This document shows positions 15,266 to 24,737 of a stretch of 64,000 nucleotides of DNA, in pieces. Each line of letters begins with the position of its first letter. Position 1 is the stretch's first letter. Source of the stretch: Patescibacteria group bacterium. GTDB taxonomy: Bacteria; Patescibacteriota; Minisyncoccia; UBA6257; 02-FULL-45-10c. Where the stretch lies: assembly GCA_018896875.1 (NCBI GenBank), contig JAHILT010000006.1, forward strand, positions 12,605-76,604, written 5' to 3'. A program made the position numbers and the translations under genes. The notes beneath the pieces were generated by a model. That model did no database searches. It was not told the origin of the DNA and was given only the letters and a program-made list of their open reading frames with translations.

Positions 15266-15751
15266 TTATTTTTTAAAGCGGATAGCTTTTGGCAAGTTGT
15301 ATTTTTTTGAAAGTAGAGCATATTCAAAAATACCCTCTGTTTTTAATTGATTATTTTTTTTGTCTTTTCCGCCGAAGGCGGATCCGCCTTCGGCGGAAAT
15401 TTCTACTTTGATAATTATGCGATTGGTTTTAATTTTTACAAACTTTGCATTTGCTAATAATATTTTATCTTTATTTAAAATAATTGGATGATAAAATTTT
15501 ATTTTTTTTATTTCTGCTAATGGAGTAAAATATTTTGAATGCATCATGGCTACGGCTACTCCAGCGGCGTTTCCGAGTACAACTTGAACTCCGCCAGTTA
15601 TTATTTTGCCTTGAGCGCATTCTTTCATAGTTGAAGGCATTGAGATGACGGCTGAATTGGTATCTAGACTAATTAAAGATATTTGAAACCAATGAACAAA
15701 AGGATGTTTTTTAAACCATTTTTTAACCTCTTTGCTTTTTTTATTGTCCAT
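15266..15751 (-). CDS. PaaI/hotdog-fold thioesterase carrying a 30-bp palindrome in frame
   Basis: NSAVISMP...GKIITGGVQVVLGNAAGVAVAM pattern, typical of PaaI-type thioesterases. Confidence 0.6.
   Translation of the reverse strand: MDNKKSKEVKKWFKKHPFVHWFQISLISLDTNSAVISMPSTMKECAQGKIITGGVQVVLGNAAGVAVAMMHSKYFTPLAEIKKIKFYHPIILNKDKILLANAKFVKIKTNRIIIKVEISAEGGSAFGGKDKKNNQLKTEGIFEYALLSKKYNLPKAIRFKK
15368..15397. repeat. Perfect 30-bp palindrome (two tandem TCCGCC-N4-GGCGGA hairpins) inside a CDS
   Basis: TCCGCCGAAGGCGGATCCGCCTTCGGCGGA equals its own reverse complement. It encodes SAEGGSAFGG on the minus strand. Confidence 0.95.
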
Positions 15752-15769
15752 TTGCGTTACTGTTAATTG

Positions 15770-16879
15770 CTATATTTCTTTTTCTAGCTCTTCTAAAAGT
15801 TTTTTAGCTTTAGAGTTTATTTTTTTAGGTGTTTTAGTTTTAAATTTTATAAATAAATTTCCTCTACCCCTACTTTCAAGCCTAGACATTCCTTCGTTTG
15901 GAACTAAAAGTTTTTCTTGAATGCAAAAATTATCAGGAATTTCTATGTTTATTTTATTACCAGAAATAGTTGGTATTTCTATTTTCTTTTTGAGAAGTAG
16001 GTTTGTTAAACTAACGCTCTTTTCAATATAAAGATCGTTTTTAATTCTTTGAAAAATAGAGTGAGGCTTAATTTTTATTATTATGTAAAGATCTCCAGAT
16101 GGCCCGCCTTTTTCTCCTACTTCCCCCTCTTCTGCAATTTTTATGATTTGTTCATTATCAATTCCAGCAATAATATTAAAATTAAGAGTTTTGCGTTCTT
16201 GTATTTTTCCAGAGCTAGAGCAAGAAGGACATAATTTTTTAGGTATTTGTCCTAATCCATTACACTTTGAACAAATTCTAGTTTGGGCAAACTGTCCAAA
16301 AAAAGTTTTTTTAATTTCCCTGATTTCTCCGCTACCTTCGCAATTAGAGCATTTATCAAGTCCGTCTTTTTCTATATATCCTAATCCTGAACAATTTTTA
16401 CATTTAGAGAAACGATTATAAATTAATTGCTTGTTAGCTCCTTGAAAAGATTCTTCTAGTGTTATTTCTTGAATAATCTCTAAGTCAGCTCCCCGTCTTT
16501 TTGATGTTTTTTTTCTACCTCCTCCAAAAAAAGTTTCAAAAATGTCTCCTAAATTTCCAAATTGATTAATATCAAAATCTTCTTTTTGACGAGATCCTCC
16601 AAAGTCAAAACCAAAACCTCCGAAAGGATTTCCTCCGGCATAATTAAATCCGCCACCTTGTCCCATGTTATCAAAAGTTTTTCCGAATTGATCATATTGC
16701 CCCCTTTTTTCTTTATTAGAAAGAACTTGATAAGCTTCGTTAATTTCTTTGAATTTTTTTTCGTTTCCTCCAGCTTTGTCTGGATGATATTTATGAGCTA
16801 ATTTTCTATATGATGTTTTAATCTCATTTTGAGAAGCACTCTTATTAACCCCTAATATTTGGTAGTAATCTTTTTCCAT
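15770..16879 (-). CDS. dnaJ: Chaperone DnaJ
   Basis: J domain with HPD, G/F-rich region, four CxxCxGxG zinc repeats. Confidence 0.95.
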   Translation of the reverse strand: MEKDYYQILGVNKSASQNEIKTSYRKLAHKYHPDKAGGNEKKFKEINEAYQVLSNKEKRGQYDQFGKTFDNMGQGGGFNYAGGNPFGGFGFDFGGSRQKEDFDINQFGNLGDIFETFFGGGRKKTSKRRGADLEIIQEITLEESFQGANKQLIYNRFSKCKNCSGLGYIEKDGLDKCSNCEGSGEIREIKKTFFGQFAQTRICSKCNGLGQIPKKLCPSCSSSGKIQERKTLNFNIIAGIDNEQIIKIAEEGEVGEKGGPSGDLYIIIKIKPHSIFQRIKNDLYIEKSVSLTNLLLKKKIEIPTISGNKINIEIPDNFCIQEKLLVPNEGMSRLESRGRGNLFIKFKTKTPKKINSKAKKLLEELEKEI

Positions 16880-16894
16880 GTATATATTTGCATA

Positions 16895-17833
16895 CTATAA
16901 AATTATTATTTCTTTGCTGATTTTTTCGTAAGTAAGCCTGGAAAATCCCAAAGCCATTGATATTTCATAAAAAATATAAATAAAAACGTATACTATTAGC
17001 CAGCGAATTGGCAAAAAGAGTCCCTTAAGCGTTAGGAATGCCAACAAGAGTATAGATCCGAATATTATCCATTTTATTTTTTTGTCTAAATTGTTTACTT
17101 TTTCATTAATTAAATTGTAAACATTATCAAGAATAGTTTCTCCTGCCCCTAATTGTAATCCCATTTTTTTAAGCAATTCATTTACTAAAAGGGGATGTAG
17201 ATTATTTTCTTTGGCTAATTCACTAGCGGTCATTTCAATAGAAAAATTATTAATTTCTATAGGCAAGTAGTTGCTAGCTAATTTTATTATTAGTTCAGAC
17301 GGCGCTATTATTCTTTTGATTAAACTTTTAGAAATAACTAAATTGTCTGGATAAAATGGCTGGGAGTAAACAACAGAAATTAAGATAATTATTGCAGTTA
17401 TTGTTTTTGGCACAGAAAGTCTTGCTGCCTTAGACACTTTAATCTTTAATTGGTTATTAATTACTTCTTTGCTCTTCTTGAGAGATCTATAAAGACAGAA
17501 ATAGGTAATAGGAATAGCTATAAAAACGACAAGAGATTGGTTGTTAAAAACAAGAAATGAAGCTAGCCCGAGTGTTTCAAGTAAGATAACAAGCAAATTA
17601 ATTTTTGTTGTTTTAATGAATAATGATTGTAGAAAAAATATTACGATAAAAAGAATTATGAATGAAGCTGCTAAAATAAAACTTGATGGACTAGTTTCTC
17701 CAAAAAGAATATTAATAAAATAACTTGCGCCACAGGCGGTGATTATTCCTAAAATAGCTAAGCTTACAATTTTAGGCATAGAACTATCTACTTCAACGGC
17801 TTCATTTTTCGTCAATAAATTATTATTCATCAT
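16895..17833 (-). CDS. Hypothetical polytopic membrane protein embedded in the dnaK operon
   Basis: Multiple hydrophobic helices. Same strand as, and tightly spaced between, dnaK and dnaJ. Confidence 0.5.
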   Translation of the reverse strand: MMNNNLLTKNEAVEVDSSMPKIVSLAILGIITACGASYFINILFGETSPSSFILAASFIILFIVIFFLQSLFIKTTKINLLVILLETLGLASFLVFNNQSLVVFIAIPITYFCLYRSLKKSKEVINNQLKIKVSKAARLSVPKTITAIIILISVVYSQPFYPDNLVISKSLIKRIIAPSELIIKLASNYLPIEINNFSIEMTASELAKENNLHPLLVNELLKKMGLQLGAGETILDNVYNLINEKVNNLDKKIKWIIFGSILLLAFLTLKGLFLPIRWLIVYVFIYIFYEISMALGFSRLTYEKISKEIIIL

Positions 17834-17862
17834 TTATAGTGTTTAATTATAACAGAAAATTA

Positions 17863-19773
17863 TTATTTTTGATTGTCTTCTTCTTGCTGATCGTTATCCT
17901 TTTGATGTTCGTCGTCTTGAGACTGATTATCTTCTTGTTTTTGTTCATTACCTTGTTGCTGAGCGTTTTCTTTGTTTTTATACATAGCTTGCCCTATTTT
18001 CTGTATTTCTGAAGATAAATCTGTTGTTGCTGATTTTATTGCTTCTATATCTTCACTTGTTTTGAGATTTTTCAATACCTCAATTTTTTTATTAACCTCA
18101 TCTTTTATTTCTTGTCCCACCTTATCTTCTGCTTCACGCAAAGATTTTTCAGAAGCATAAATAAGACTTTCTGCTTGGTTGTGAGTTTCAGCTAATTCTT
18201 TTTTCTTTCTATCTTCTTCTGCATATTGCGTAGCTTCATTTTTTAATTTTTCTATTTCTTCCTTAGAAAGGTTAGTACTAGACTCTATTTTTACAGATTG
18301 AACTTTAGAGGTGGCCTTGTCTTTAGCAGAAACACTTAATATTCCATTGGCATCTATATCAAAAGTTACTTCAACCTGAGGGACGCCTCTTGGTGATGGC
18401 GGAATCCCGTCTAAAATAAATTTAGCTAAGGTTTTATTACCAGTAGCCATTTCACGTTCTCCTTGGAGCACATGGATTTCTACTGATGTTTGATTTTCGG
18501 CTGCGGTAGAAAATATTTGTGATTTATCGGTTGGGATAGTAGTATTTTTTTCAATTATTTTAGTGAAAACTCCACCCATAGTTTCTATTCCTAAGGAAAG
18601 AGGAGTGACGTCTAATAATAATATGTCCTTTACGTCTCCTTGTAATATTCCTCCTTGGATAGCTGCTCCGGTAGCAACTACTTCGTCTGGATTAATACCG
18701 AGATGAGGTTCTTTATTAAAGGTTTTTTTAACAGCCTCAATTATAGCTGGCATTCTAGTTTGTCCACCAACTAAAACAACTTCGTCTATGTCTTCTAGTT
18801 TAAAACCAGCATCCTTTACAGTTTCTTTTGTTAATTCAATTGATTTATCTATGTATTCTTTAACTAACTCTTCTAATTTTGCTCTAGTAAGTTTGGTTAA
18901 GAAATGTTTTGGACCAGCGGAATCAGATGTTATATAAGGAATGTTGATCTCTGTGTCAAAAGAAGAAGAAAGTTCATGTTTAGCTTTTTCAGCCGCTTCT
19001 TTCATTCTTTGTACAGCCAAAGGATCCTTAGATAAATCTATGCCTTCTTGTTTTCTATATTCAGTAATTAGGTGTTCTTGAATTTTTTTATCAAAATCAT
19101 CACCACCAAGATATGTGTCTCCTCCAGTAGATTTTACTTCAACGGTATCTTTAGTAACTTCCAAAACAGAAATATCAAAAGTGCCTCCACCAAAATCGTA
19201 AACCACGATTTGTTCGTCATTTTTTTTATTTAACCCATAAGCTAAAGCGGCAGCGGTAGGTTCGTTGATAATTCTTTTCACTTTCAAACCTGCGATTTCT
19301 CCTGCGTTTTTTGTAGATTGTCTTTGACTATCGTCAAAATAAGCAGGGACAGTAATAATAGCTTCTGTAATTGGTTCTCCAAGTTTAGCTTCAGCGTCAT
19401 TTTTAAGCTTTGCTAAAAACATAGCGGAGATTTCTTCTGGTTTATACCATTTGTCTCCCATTTTTATTTCTATGCCATCATTAGAAGCTTTGCGTATATC
19501 ATAAGGTAGCCATTTTTTATCTTTTTCAATTTCTGGATCTGAAAATTTGCGACCAATTAATCTTTTTACAGAAAAGATAGTATTTTTAGGATTAGTTATC
19601 GCTTGTCTCTTTGCCAAAAGTCCAGTTAGTTTTTCATTTGTTTTGCTAATAGCAACAATTGATGGGGTGGTTCGTGATCCTTCTGCATTTTCTAGGATTT
19701 TTGGTTGTCCTCCTTCAACGACAGAAACGGCAGAATTTGTTGTTCCTAAATCTATTCCAATAATTTTTGACAT
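17863..19773 (-). CDS. dnaK: Chaperone DnaK (Hsp70)
   Basis: [18 protein letters not shown] and [10 protein letters not shown] signatures. Confidence 0.97.
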   Translation of the reverse strand: MSKIIGIDLGTTNSAVSVVEGGQPKILENAEGSRTTPSIVAISKTNEKLTGLLAKRQAITNPKNTIFSVKRLIGRKFSDPEIEKDKKWLPYDIRKASNDGIEIKMGDKWYKPEEISAMFLAKLKNDAEAKLGEPITEAIITVPAYFDDSQRQSTKNAGEIAGLKVKRIINEPTAAALAYGLNKKNDEQIVVYDFGGGTFDISVLEVTKDTVEVKSTGGDTYLGGDDFDKKIQEHLITEYRKQEGIDLSKDPLAVQRMKEAAEKAKHELSSSFDTEINIPYITSDSAGPKHFLTKLTRAKLEELVKEYIDKSIELTKETVKDAGFKLEDIDEVVLVGGQTRMPAIIEAVKKTFNKEPHLGINPDEVVATGAAIQGGILQGDVKDILLLDVTPLSLGIETMGGVFTKIIEKNTTIPTDKSQIFSTAAENQTSVEIHVLQGEREMATGNKTLAKFILDGIPPSPRGVPQVEVTFDIDANGILSVSAKDKATSKVQSVKIESSTNLSKEEIEKLKNEATQYAEEDRKKKELAETHNQAESLIYASEKSLREAEDKVGQEIKDEVNKKIEVLKNLKTSEDIEAIKSATTDLSSEIQKIGQAMYKNKENAQQQGNEQKQEDNQSQDDEHQKDNDQQEEDNQK

Positions 19774-19834
19774 ATATTTGTTTAATTTAATTTTAATTGT
19801 TTATTACGACTTATTTTTTGTATTTATTAGTATT

Positions 19835-19859
19835 ATTCGTATCATTCGAATGCATTCGT
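19835..19859. repeat. Phased ATTCG[T/A]A direct repeats in the grpE-dnaK spacer
   Basis: ATTCGT at 19835, ATTCGA at 19844 and ATTCGT at 19854 (spacings 9 and 10). The same unit, as ACGAAT, is arrayed at 47691-47730. Confidence 0.7.
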
Positions 19860-19877
19860 ATATTGGTATCACATTAG

Positions 19878-20357
19878 CTATTTTGCTATTTTTACTTTTG
19901 TGGGTCGTATCGCTTTATCATTTAATTTCCAACCTTTTACTAATTCTTCTAAAATTGTTCCGCTTTCTTTTTCCGATTCTTCTTGTGATATCGCTTCGTG
20001 GAGCGATGGATTAAATTTCTCTCCTAAAGCTTTTATTTTTTCTAATCCATGGTCTTTTAATATTTTTTCTAATTGGGAGTAGATCGTTTCAATTCCTTTT
20101 TGAGCCTCCTTGTCTTTAGTTGCTATTATGGATAGTTCAAGACTATCTAGGACCGAAAGTAATTCTTCAATAAGTTTTTGATTCCCGAATTTTACTATTT
20201 GTTCAATTTGCTTTAATCCAGATGTTTGTAAGTTTATATAATCAGCCTTTGTTCTTTTCCATCCGTTTAGATATTCGTCCCTTTCTTTTTCTAAATTTAT
20301 TATTTGTTCTGCAAGTAAATCTGTTTTCGATTTATTTTTATTTTCTTCTTGTTTCAT
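19878..20357 (-). CDS. grpE: Nucleotide exchange factor GrpE
   Basis: Coiled-coil N-terminus plus YLNGWKRTKADYINL... and a C-terminal beta domain. Operon context. Confidence 0.9.
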   Translation of the reverse strand: MKQEENKNKSKTDLLAEQIINLEKERDEYLNGWKRTKADYINLQTSGLKQIEQIVKFGNQKLIEELLSVLDSLELSIIATKDKEAQKGIETIYSQLEKILKDHGLEKIKALGEKFNPSLHEAISQEESEKESGTILEELVKGWKLNDKAIRPTKVKIAK

Positions 20358-20372
20358 ATCTTATTAGTTTAA

Positions 20373-21116
20373 TTATTTTTTATTTTTAATCGACTCTTTT
20401 ATTTTTCTAAGGTATTTAATATTTTTTTCATAATCCATTCTTTTCGGTCCGATAGCTACTAAATAAAATTTATTATTATCAATATTGTAAGAATCTATTA
20501 TTACAGATAAAAACTTGCTTTCGGTAACAGGGCTTTTCTTGCCAATAAATATTTTAGGAAAATTTGAATTATTTATTATCTTTGGAAGTTTCTCTAGTTT
20601 TTCATCAAGCATCTCAAAATCTTTGGCTATTTGACAAAAATCATCTCGTTCGTTTATTTCTAAATTTTCAAAAAGTTCGTTTAGTCCCGTTTTGTAAACT
20701 CTATTTTCATCGGTTCTGTAACCAGCACTTAAGAGTTGCATATCTTGAGAAATTTTATCTAAGAAGTTTGACCATTTTTCATCATCTAAAATGTTTATCC
20801 CAACACATAATTTATGTGTGGGATTTATTAATTTATTAAAATTTTGATGAAAAATTTCTGCTGAATCAAAAAAATCTTGAACTATATTATTAACGATAAA
20901 TTGATAACCCTTATCGGTAGGGATGCGTCCTCCGGAAATGTGAGACTGACTTAAAAAACCTTGTTCAGTTAATTTATTGAATTCAGAACGAATAGTAGCG
21001 TCTTTCACTCCGAATTTATATTTATTTACAATCTTTTTAGAACTTACTGGTTGTCCTTGTTTAATAAACTCTTGAATAGCAGCTTCTAATATTTTATATG
21101 TTCTTTCGTCAAACAT
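20373..21116 (-). CDS. hrcA: Heat-inducible transcription repressor HrcA (short form)
   Basis: N-terminal wHTH (ERTYKILEAAIQEFIKQGQPVSSKKI...DATIRSEFNKLTEQGFL). Operon context, with a CIRCE element upstream. Confidence 0.8.
   Translation of the reverse strand: MFDERTYKILEAAIQEFIKQGQPVSSKKIVNKYKFGVKDATIRSEFNKLTEQGFLSQSHISGGRIPTDKGYQFIVNNIVQDFFDSAEIFHQNFNKLINPTHKLCVGINILDDEKWSNFLDKISQDMQLLSAGYRTDENRVYKTGLNELFENLEINERDDFCQIAKDFEMLDEKLEKLPKIINNSNFPKIFIGKKSPVTESKFLSVIIDSYNIDNNKFYLVAIGPKRMDYEKNIKYLRKIKESIKNKK
20798..20823. repeat. Collapsed hairpin made of the two MITE terminal repeats, inside hrcA
   Basis: TCCCAACACATAA-T-TTATGTGTGGGA. The right arm is identical (12/12) to the copy A right terminus. 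The left arm differs by one extra A. Confidence 0.7.
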
Positions 21117-21166
21117 GCGAAAAATTAATTTATTAATTTGAACACTTTATTAAATGTTCTTTGAGC

Positions 21167-21186
21167 AATCCGCCAGCTGGCGGATT
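21167..21186. repeat. Perfect 20-bp GC-rich palindrome in the hrcA leader/promoter region
   Basis: AATCCGCCAGCTGGCGGATT. Same TCCGCC...GGCGGA arms as the palindrome at 15368-15397. Confidence 0.9.
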
Positions 21187-21235
21187 ATTTAATAGGGTAA
21201 TTTAAAAGTTAATTACAATATAGTATAAATCAACA

Positions 21236-21262
21236 TTGGCACTCTCGTCAAGGGAGTGCCAA
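21236..21262 (-). promoter_or_regulatory. CIRCE operator (HrcA binding site)
   Basis: TTGGCACTC-N9-GAGTGCCAA versus the consensus TTAGCACTC-N9-GAGTGCTAA. It lies 120-146 nt upstream of the hrcA start. Confidence 0.85.
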
Positions 21263-21269
21263 TAACTAT

Positions 21270-21316
21270 GGAGCAATTTCCAACGGCTCATATATTGAGC
21301 CGTTGGAAATTGCTCC
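21270..21316. repeat. Perfect 21-bp-stem hairpin (REP-like), copy 1
   Basis: GGAGCAATTTCCAACGGCTCA-TATAT-TGAGCCGTTGGAAATTGCTCC. The core recurs at 35558-35592. Confidence 0.9.
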
Positions 21317-21427
21317 AAATGGCGGTTTTAGTTTTGTTTTTAAATTTTAATAATTTTACATTTTTTATGATTTGCCATTTCAAAAATAATTTCGTACAAT
21401 AATCAACATATTATTTAGACCTAAAAA

Positions 21428-22690
21428 ATGAAAGCGAAAAATTTAACTTTATTTATAATTGTATTAGCTTTAACTATTTTAGCGGTTTTCTTTGTTTATC
21501 CTAAGCCACCAATTGGCGGATACCTAAGTCAGCATCTTCCATGGCGAATGGGCTTGGATTTAGTTGGAGGAAGTTATTTGGTTTACGAAGTTGATATGAC
21601 AGATGTCACATCTGCCGATAGAGGCTATGTTATGGATGGACTAAGAGATGTTATTGAAGAAAGAGTTAATTTGTTTGGCGTTGCTGAGCCTAGGGTTACC
21701 GCTTCTCAGTCTGGCGATGATTATCGTTTGAATGTTGAGCTTGCTGGAGTGAAAGACATAAAAGAAGCTATTAAACAAATCGGAGAAACTCCATTTTTAC
21801 AGTTTGCCGAAATAGGAGAAATCCCTGATTCTGTTTCTACTTCTACGCCTGTTGAGTCAGAATTTATTTTTAGCGATCTTAATGGAAGATTTATAAAAAG
21901 CGCGCATCTTAATTTCACCGATGTAGGTTTGCCATTAGTTAGTATAGAATTTGATAGTGAGGGCTCAGAGCTTTTTGAACAATTAACTACTAAAAATGTT
22001 GGAAAGCCATTGGCTATATTTTTAGACAATAATCTTATAAGTGCTCCAAGAGTAAACGAACCAATTAGTGGAGGCAGGGCGCAAATTACAGGCATTGACG
22101 ATATTAAGGAAGCTAAAAAATTAGTAGAAAGATTTAACGCCGGTGCTTTGCCAGCTCCAGTTACTTTAATAAATCAACAAACTATTAGCGCTTCTTTAGG
22201 TCAGGACTCTCTAGAAAAAACTCTTTGGGCGGGTATTTGGGGAACTTTGGCTATAATGTTGTTTATGCTGTTTTATTATCAAGGACTAGGTCTTTTTGCT
22301 TGTATAGCTTTGTTTATATATATAGCTTTGACATTAGCTGTGTTTAAACTTTTTTCGGTAACTATGACACTGGCTGGCATAGCTGGTTTCGTTTTATCTA
22401 TTGGTATGGCTATTGATGCAAATATTTTAATATTTGAAAGAACTAAAGAAGAGGTCAGAAAAGGATCGCGAACACTTATTGCTATAGAAGAAGGATTTAA
22501 AAGAGCGTGGACTTCTATTAGAGATTCTAATTTGACCACTATTTTAACAGCTTTGATTCTTTATAATTTAACTTCTGGTTTTGTAAAAGGCTTTGCGTTA
22601 ACTTTGCTTATAGGTGTAATTATAAGTATGTTTACAGCTATCACAGTTACTAAGAATTTATTAAAAATATTTTACGCAAAGGATAATTAA
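21428..22690 (+). CDS. secD: Protein translocase subunit SecD
   Basis: N-terminal TM, periplasmic domain, C-terminal 5-TM block with GLGLFACIAL...DANILIFER. Confidence 0.9.
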   Translation: MKAKNLTLFIIVLALTILAVFFVYPKPPIGGYLSQHLPWRMGLDLVGGSYLVYEVDMTDVTSADRGYVMDGLRDVIEERVNLFGVAEPRVTASQSGDDYRLNVELAGVKDIKEAIKQIGETPFLQFAEIGEIPDSVSTSTPVESEFIFSDLNGRFIKSAHLNFTDVGLPLVSIEFDSEGSELFEQLTTKNVGKPLAIFLDNNLISAPRVNEPISGGRAQITGIDDIKEAKKLVERFNAGALPAPVTLINQQTISASLGQDSLEKTLWAGIWGTLAIMLFMLFYYQGLGLFACIALFIYIALTLAVFKLFSVTMTLAGIAGFVLSIGMAIDANILIFERTKEEVRKGSRTLIAIEEGFKRAWTSIRDSNLTTILTALILYNLTSGFVKGFALTLLIGVIISMFTAITVTKNLLKIFYAKDN

Positions 22691-22698
22691 GTAACTAT

Positions 22699-23586
22699 AT
22701 GTTTGATTTAATTAAATACAAAAAATTATCTATAGGAATCTCTATTGTTTTGGTTTTGGTATCTTTGTTTAGTATCTCTACTTATGGTTTTAAACAAGGT
22801 GTTGATTTTGCTGGAGGTACTTTGTGGCAACTTAGTCTCTCTGAAAAAGAAATTGATGTTCCCGAAATAAAAAATTATTTAGAAACTACATTAGGTCTTG
22901 ATAATTTTGTAGTCACTACTGGGCTAGAAGAAGGAGTTTTGATGATTAGAGCTAAAGAATTTTCAGAAGAACAACATCAAATTTATTTTGAACAAATAAA
23001 ACAAGATTTTGGACAAGTTGAAGAACTACGTTTTGAAAGTATCGGACCTATTATTGGAGCTGAACTTAGAGAAAAAGCTATCTGGGCTTTTATCTTAACT
23101 CTTTTTGGCATTTCTTTATATATAGCTTTTGCCTTTAGAAAAGTTTCTTATCCAGTTAGTTCATGGAGATATGGTTGGGCTACTTTAATTTGTCTTTTTC
23201 ATGACGCTATAATTTCGGCCGGACTTTATGCGTGGTGGGGGAACATTAAGGGATTGGAACTTGATTCTAATTTTGTTGTGGCAATATTAGCAATAATGGG
23301 TTTTTCGGTTCACGATACGATTGTTGTTTTTGACAGAATAAGAGAAAACTTAATAACTCAAAAAGGTAAGAAGTTGGGCGAAATAATAAATATCAGTATT
23401 AACCAAACACTTACTAGATCAATAAATACATCTTTTACATTGGTATTGGTATTAACGTCTATGTTCTTATTTGGCGCATTTAGTCTAAGTCATTTCGTGC
23501 TTTTGATATTAGTTGGAACAGTTATAGGAACCTATTCTTCCATCTTTTTGGCCAGTCCGCTTTTGACCTATTTACAAAAGAAATAG
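22699..23586 (+). CDS. secF: Protein translocase subunit SecF
   Basis: GVDFAGGT...HDTIVVFDRIREN. Adjacent to secD. Confidence 0.9.
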   Translation: MFDLIKYKKLSIGISIVLVLVSLFSISTYGFKQGVDFAGGTLWQLSLSEKEIDVPEIKNYLETTLGLDNFVVTTGLEEGVLMIRAKEFSEEQHQIYFEQIKQDFGQVEELRFESIGPIIGAELREKAIWAFILTLFGISLYIAFAFRKVSYPVSSWRYGWATLICLFHDAIISAGLYAWWGNIKGLELDSNFVVAILAIMGFSVHDTIVVFDRIRENLITQKGKKLGEIINISINQTLTRSINTSFTLVLVLTSMFLFGAFSLSHFVLLILVGTVIGTYSSIFLASPLLTYLQKK

Positions 23587-23642
23587 TTTATGGCATTATA
23601 TTCATAGGTAATAAGTAGGGTTGATTTAAAAATAATAAATGT

Positions 23643-24689
23643 ATGATTAAAAGCAATACAGAAAAATTACTAGATCAAATATTAAGTATTTTAAATTCTA
23701 GACAAAAAGATGTTATTGAACGTCGTTTTGGATTAAGAGATGGAAAGCCTATCACTTTGGCCGAGCTTGGTAATAATTATTCTATCACTAGAGAAAGAGT
23801 AAGACAGATTGAAGCCGAGTCATTAAAAGAACTTAGAAAGTTTATTAAAGGAGGAATTTTAGACAAACTTTTAACAACTACAAGCAAGCATGTTAAAAAT
23901 ATGGGCGGAGCTAGAAGAGAAACCTTGCTTTTGGCTGATTTTCAATTATTACTTGGAGAAAAAACTTCTCCAATGTTTAATAACCAAATTAAGTTTTTAT
24001 TAGAACTTGACGGTTCTTTTAAATATTACACAGAAGATGGGGAATTTTATTCTTATTGGTATCAAGAAGATGCTAAACAGAAAAAAATTATTGGTTTTAT
24101 TACCAAGCTTGTTAAATATATGAAAACTAAGAAAGAAAAAGTTCTTTCTCATAACAGCGTAGATAAAGTTTTCAAAGAAGCTATTAAGCCTAATAATTTA
24201 AAAGATTTAATAGCTTTAAATTATATTTCTATTTCTAAAAATTTCCATATTAATAATTTTGGAGATTTTGGCTTATCTAGTTGGAAAGAAATTAATCCTC
24301 GTACTATTTGCGATTGGGCTTATATGGTTTTAAAGAAAGAAAAGAAATCTTTGCATTTTACGGAAATAGCCAATGCTATCAAAGTATATAAAAATGTTGA
24401 TAAAAAAATTAATTCTCAAACAGTACATAATGAACTTATTAAAGATAGCAAGTTTATATTAGTTGGACGTGGTATGTACAATTTGAAAGAATTTGGACAT
24501 ATTTCTGGCACAGCCAAAGAAGTAATGGCAAGAATTTTGAAAAGTCAGGGACCACTTAAACCAAAGGAGTTAATAGAATTTGTTTTAAAAGAAAGAATTT
24601 TTAAGAAAAATACTATTTTTATTAATCTTCAAAACAGAAAACATTTTACTCGTTTAGACGATGGTAAGTATAAAGCTAATCTAGCTTAA
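23643..24689 (+). CDS. Sigma-70 region-4-like HTH protein with a C-terminal HARE-HTH-like domain
   Basis: LNSRQKDVIERRFGL...TLAELGNNYSITRERVRQIE (region 4 signature). The C-terminal SLHFTEIANAI...VHNELIKDSKFILVGRGMYNLKEF resembles the HARE-HTH/RpoE N-domain. No region 2. Confidence 0.6.
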   Translation: MIKSNTEKLLDQILSILNSRQKDVIERRFGLRDGKPITLAELGNNYSITRERVRQIEAESLKELRKFIKGGILDKLLTTTSKHVKNMGGARRETLLLADFQLLLGEKTSPMFNNQIKFLLELDGSFKYYTEDGEFYSYWYQEDAKQKKIIGFITKLVKYMKTKKEKVLSHNSVDKVFKEAIKPNNLKDLIALNYISISKNFHINNFGDFGLSSWKEINPRTICDWAYMVLKKEKKSLHFTEIANAIKVYKNVDKKINSQTVHNELIKDSKFILVGRGMYNLKEFGHISGTAKEVMARILKSQGPLKPKELIEFVLKERIFKKNTIFINLQNRKHFTRLDDGKYKANLA

Positions 24690-24737
24690 TTCTATTAGCT
24701 TTTGTTTTTTGGTTCTTTTCTTGTAGAATAATACTAT

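Noticed and set aside
19547-20014. 155-aa plus-strand ORF spanning the dnaK start, the spacer and the grpE end
   Set aside because: It is antisense to dnaK and grpE. Its middle (IIRIIRMHSY) is just the translated ATTCGT repeat array.
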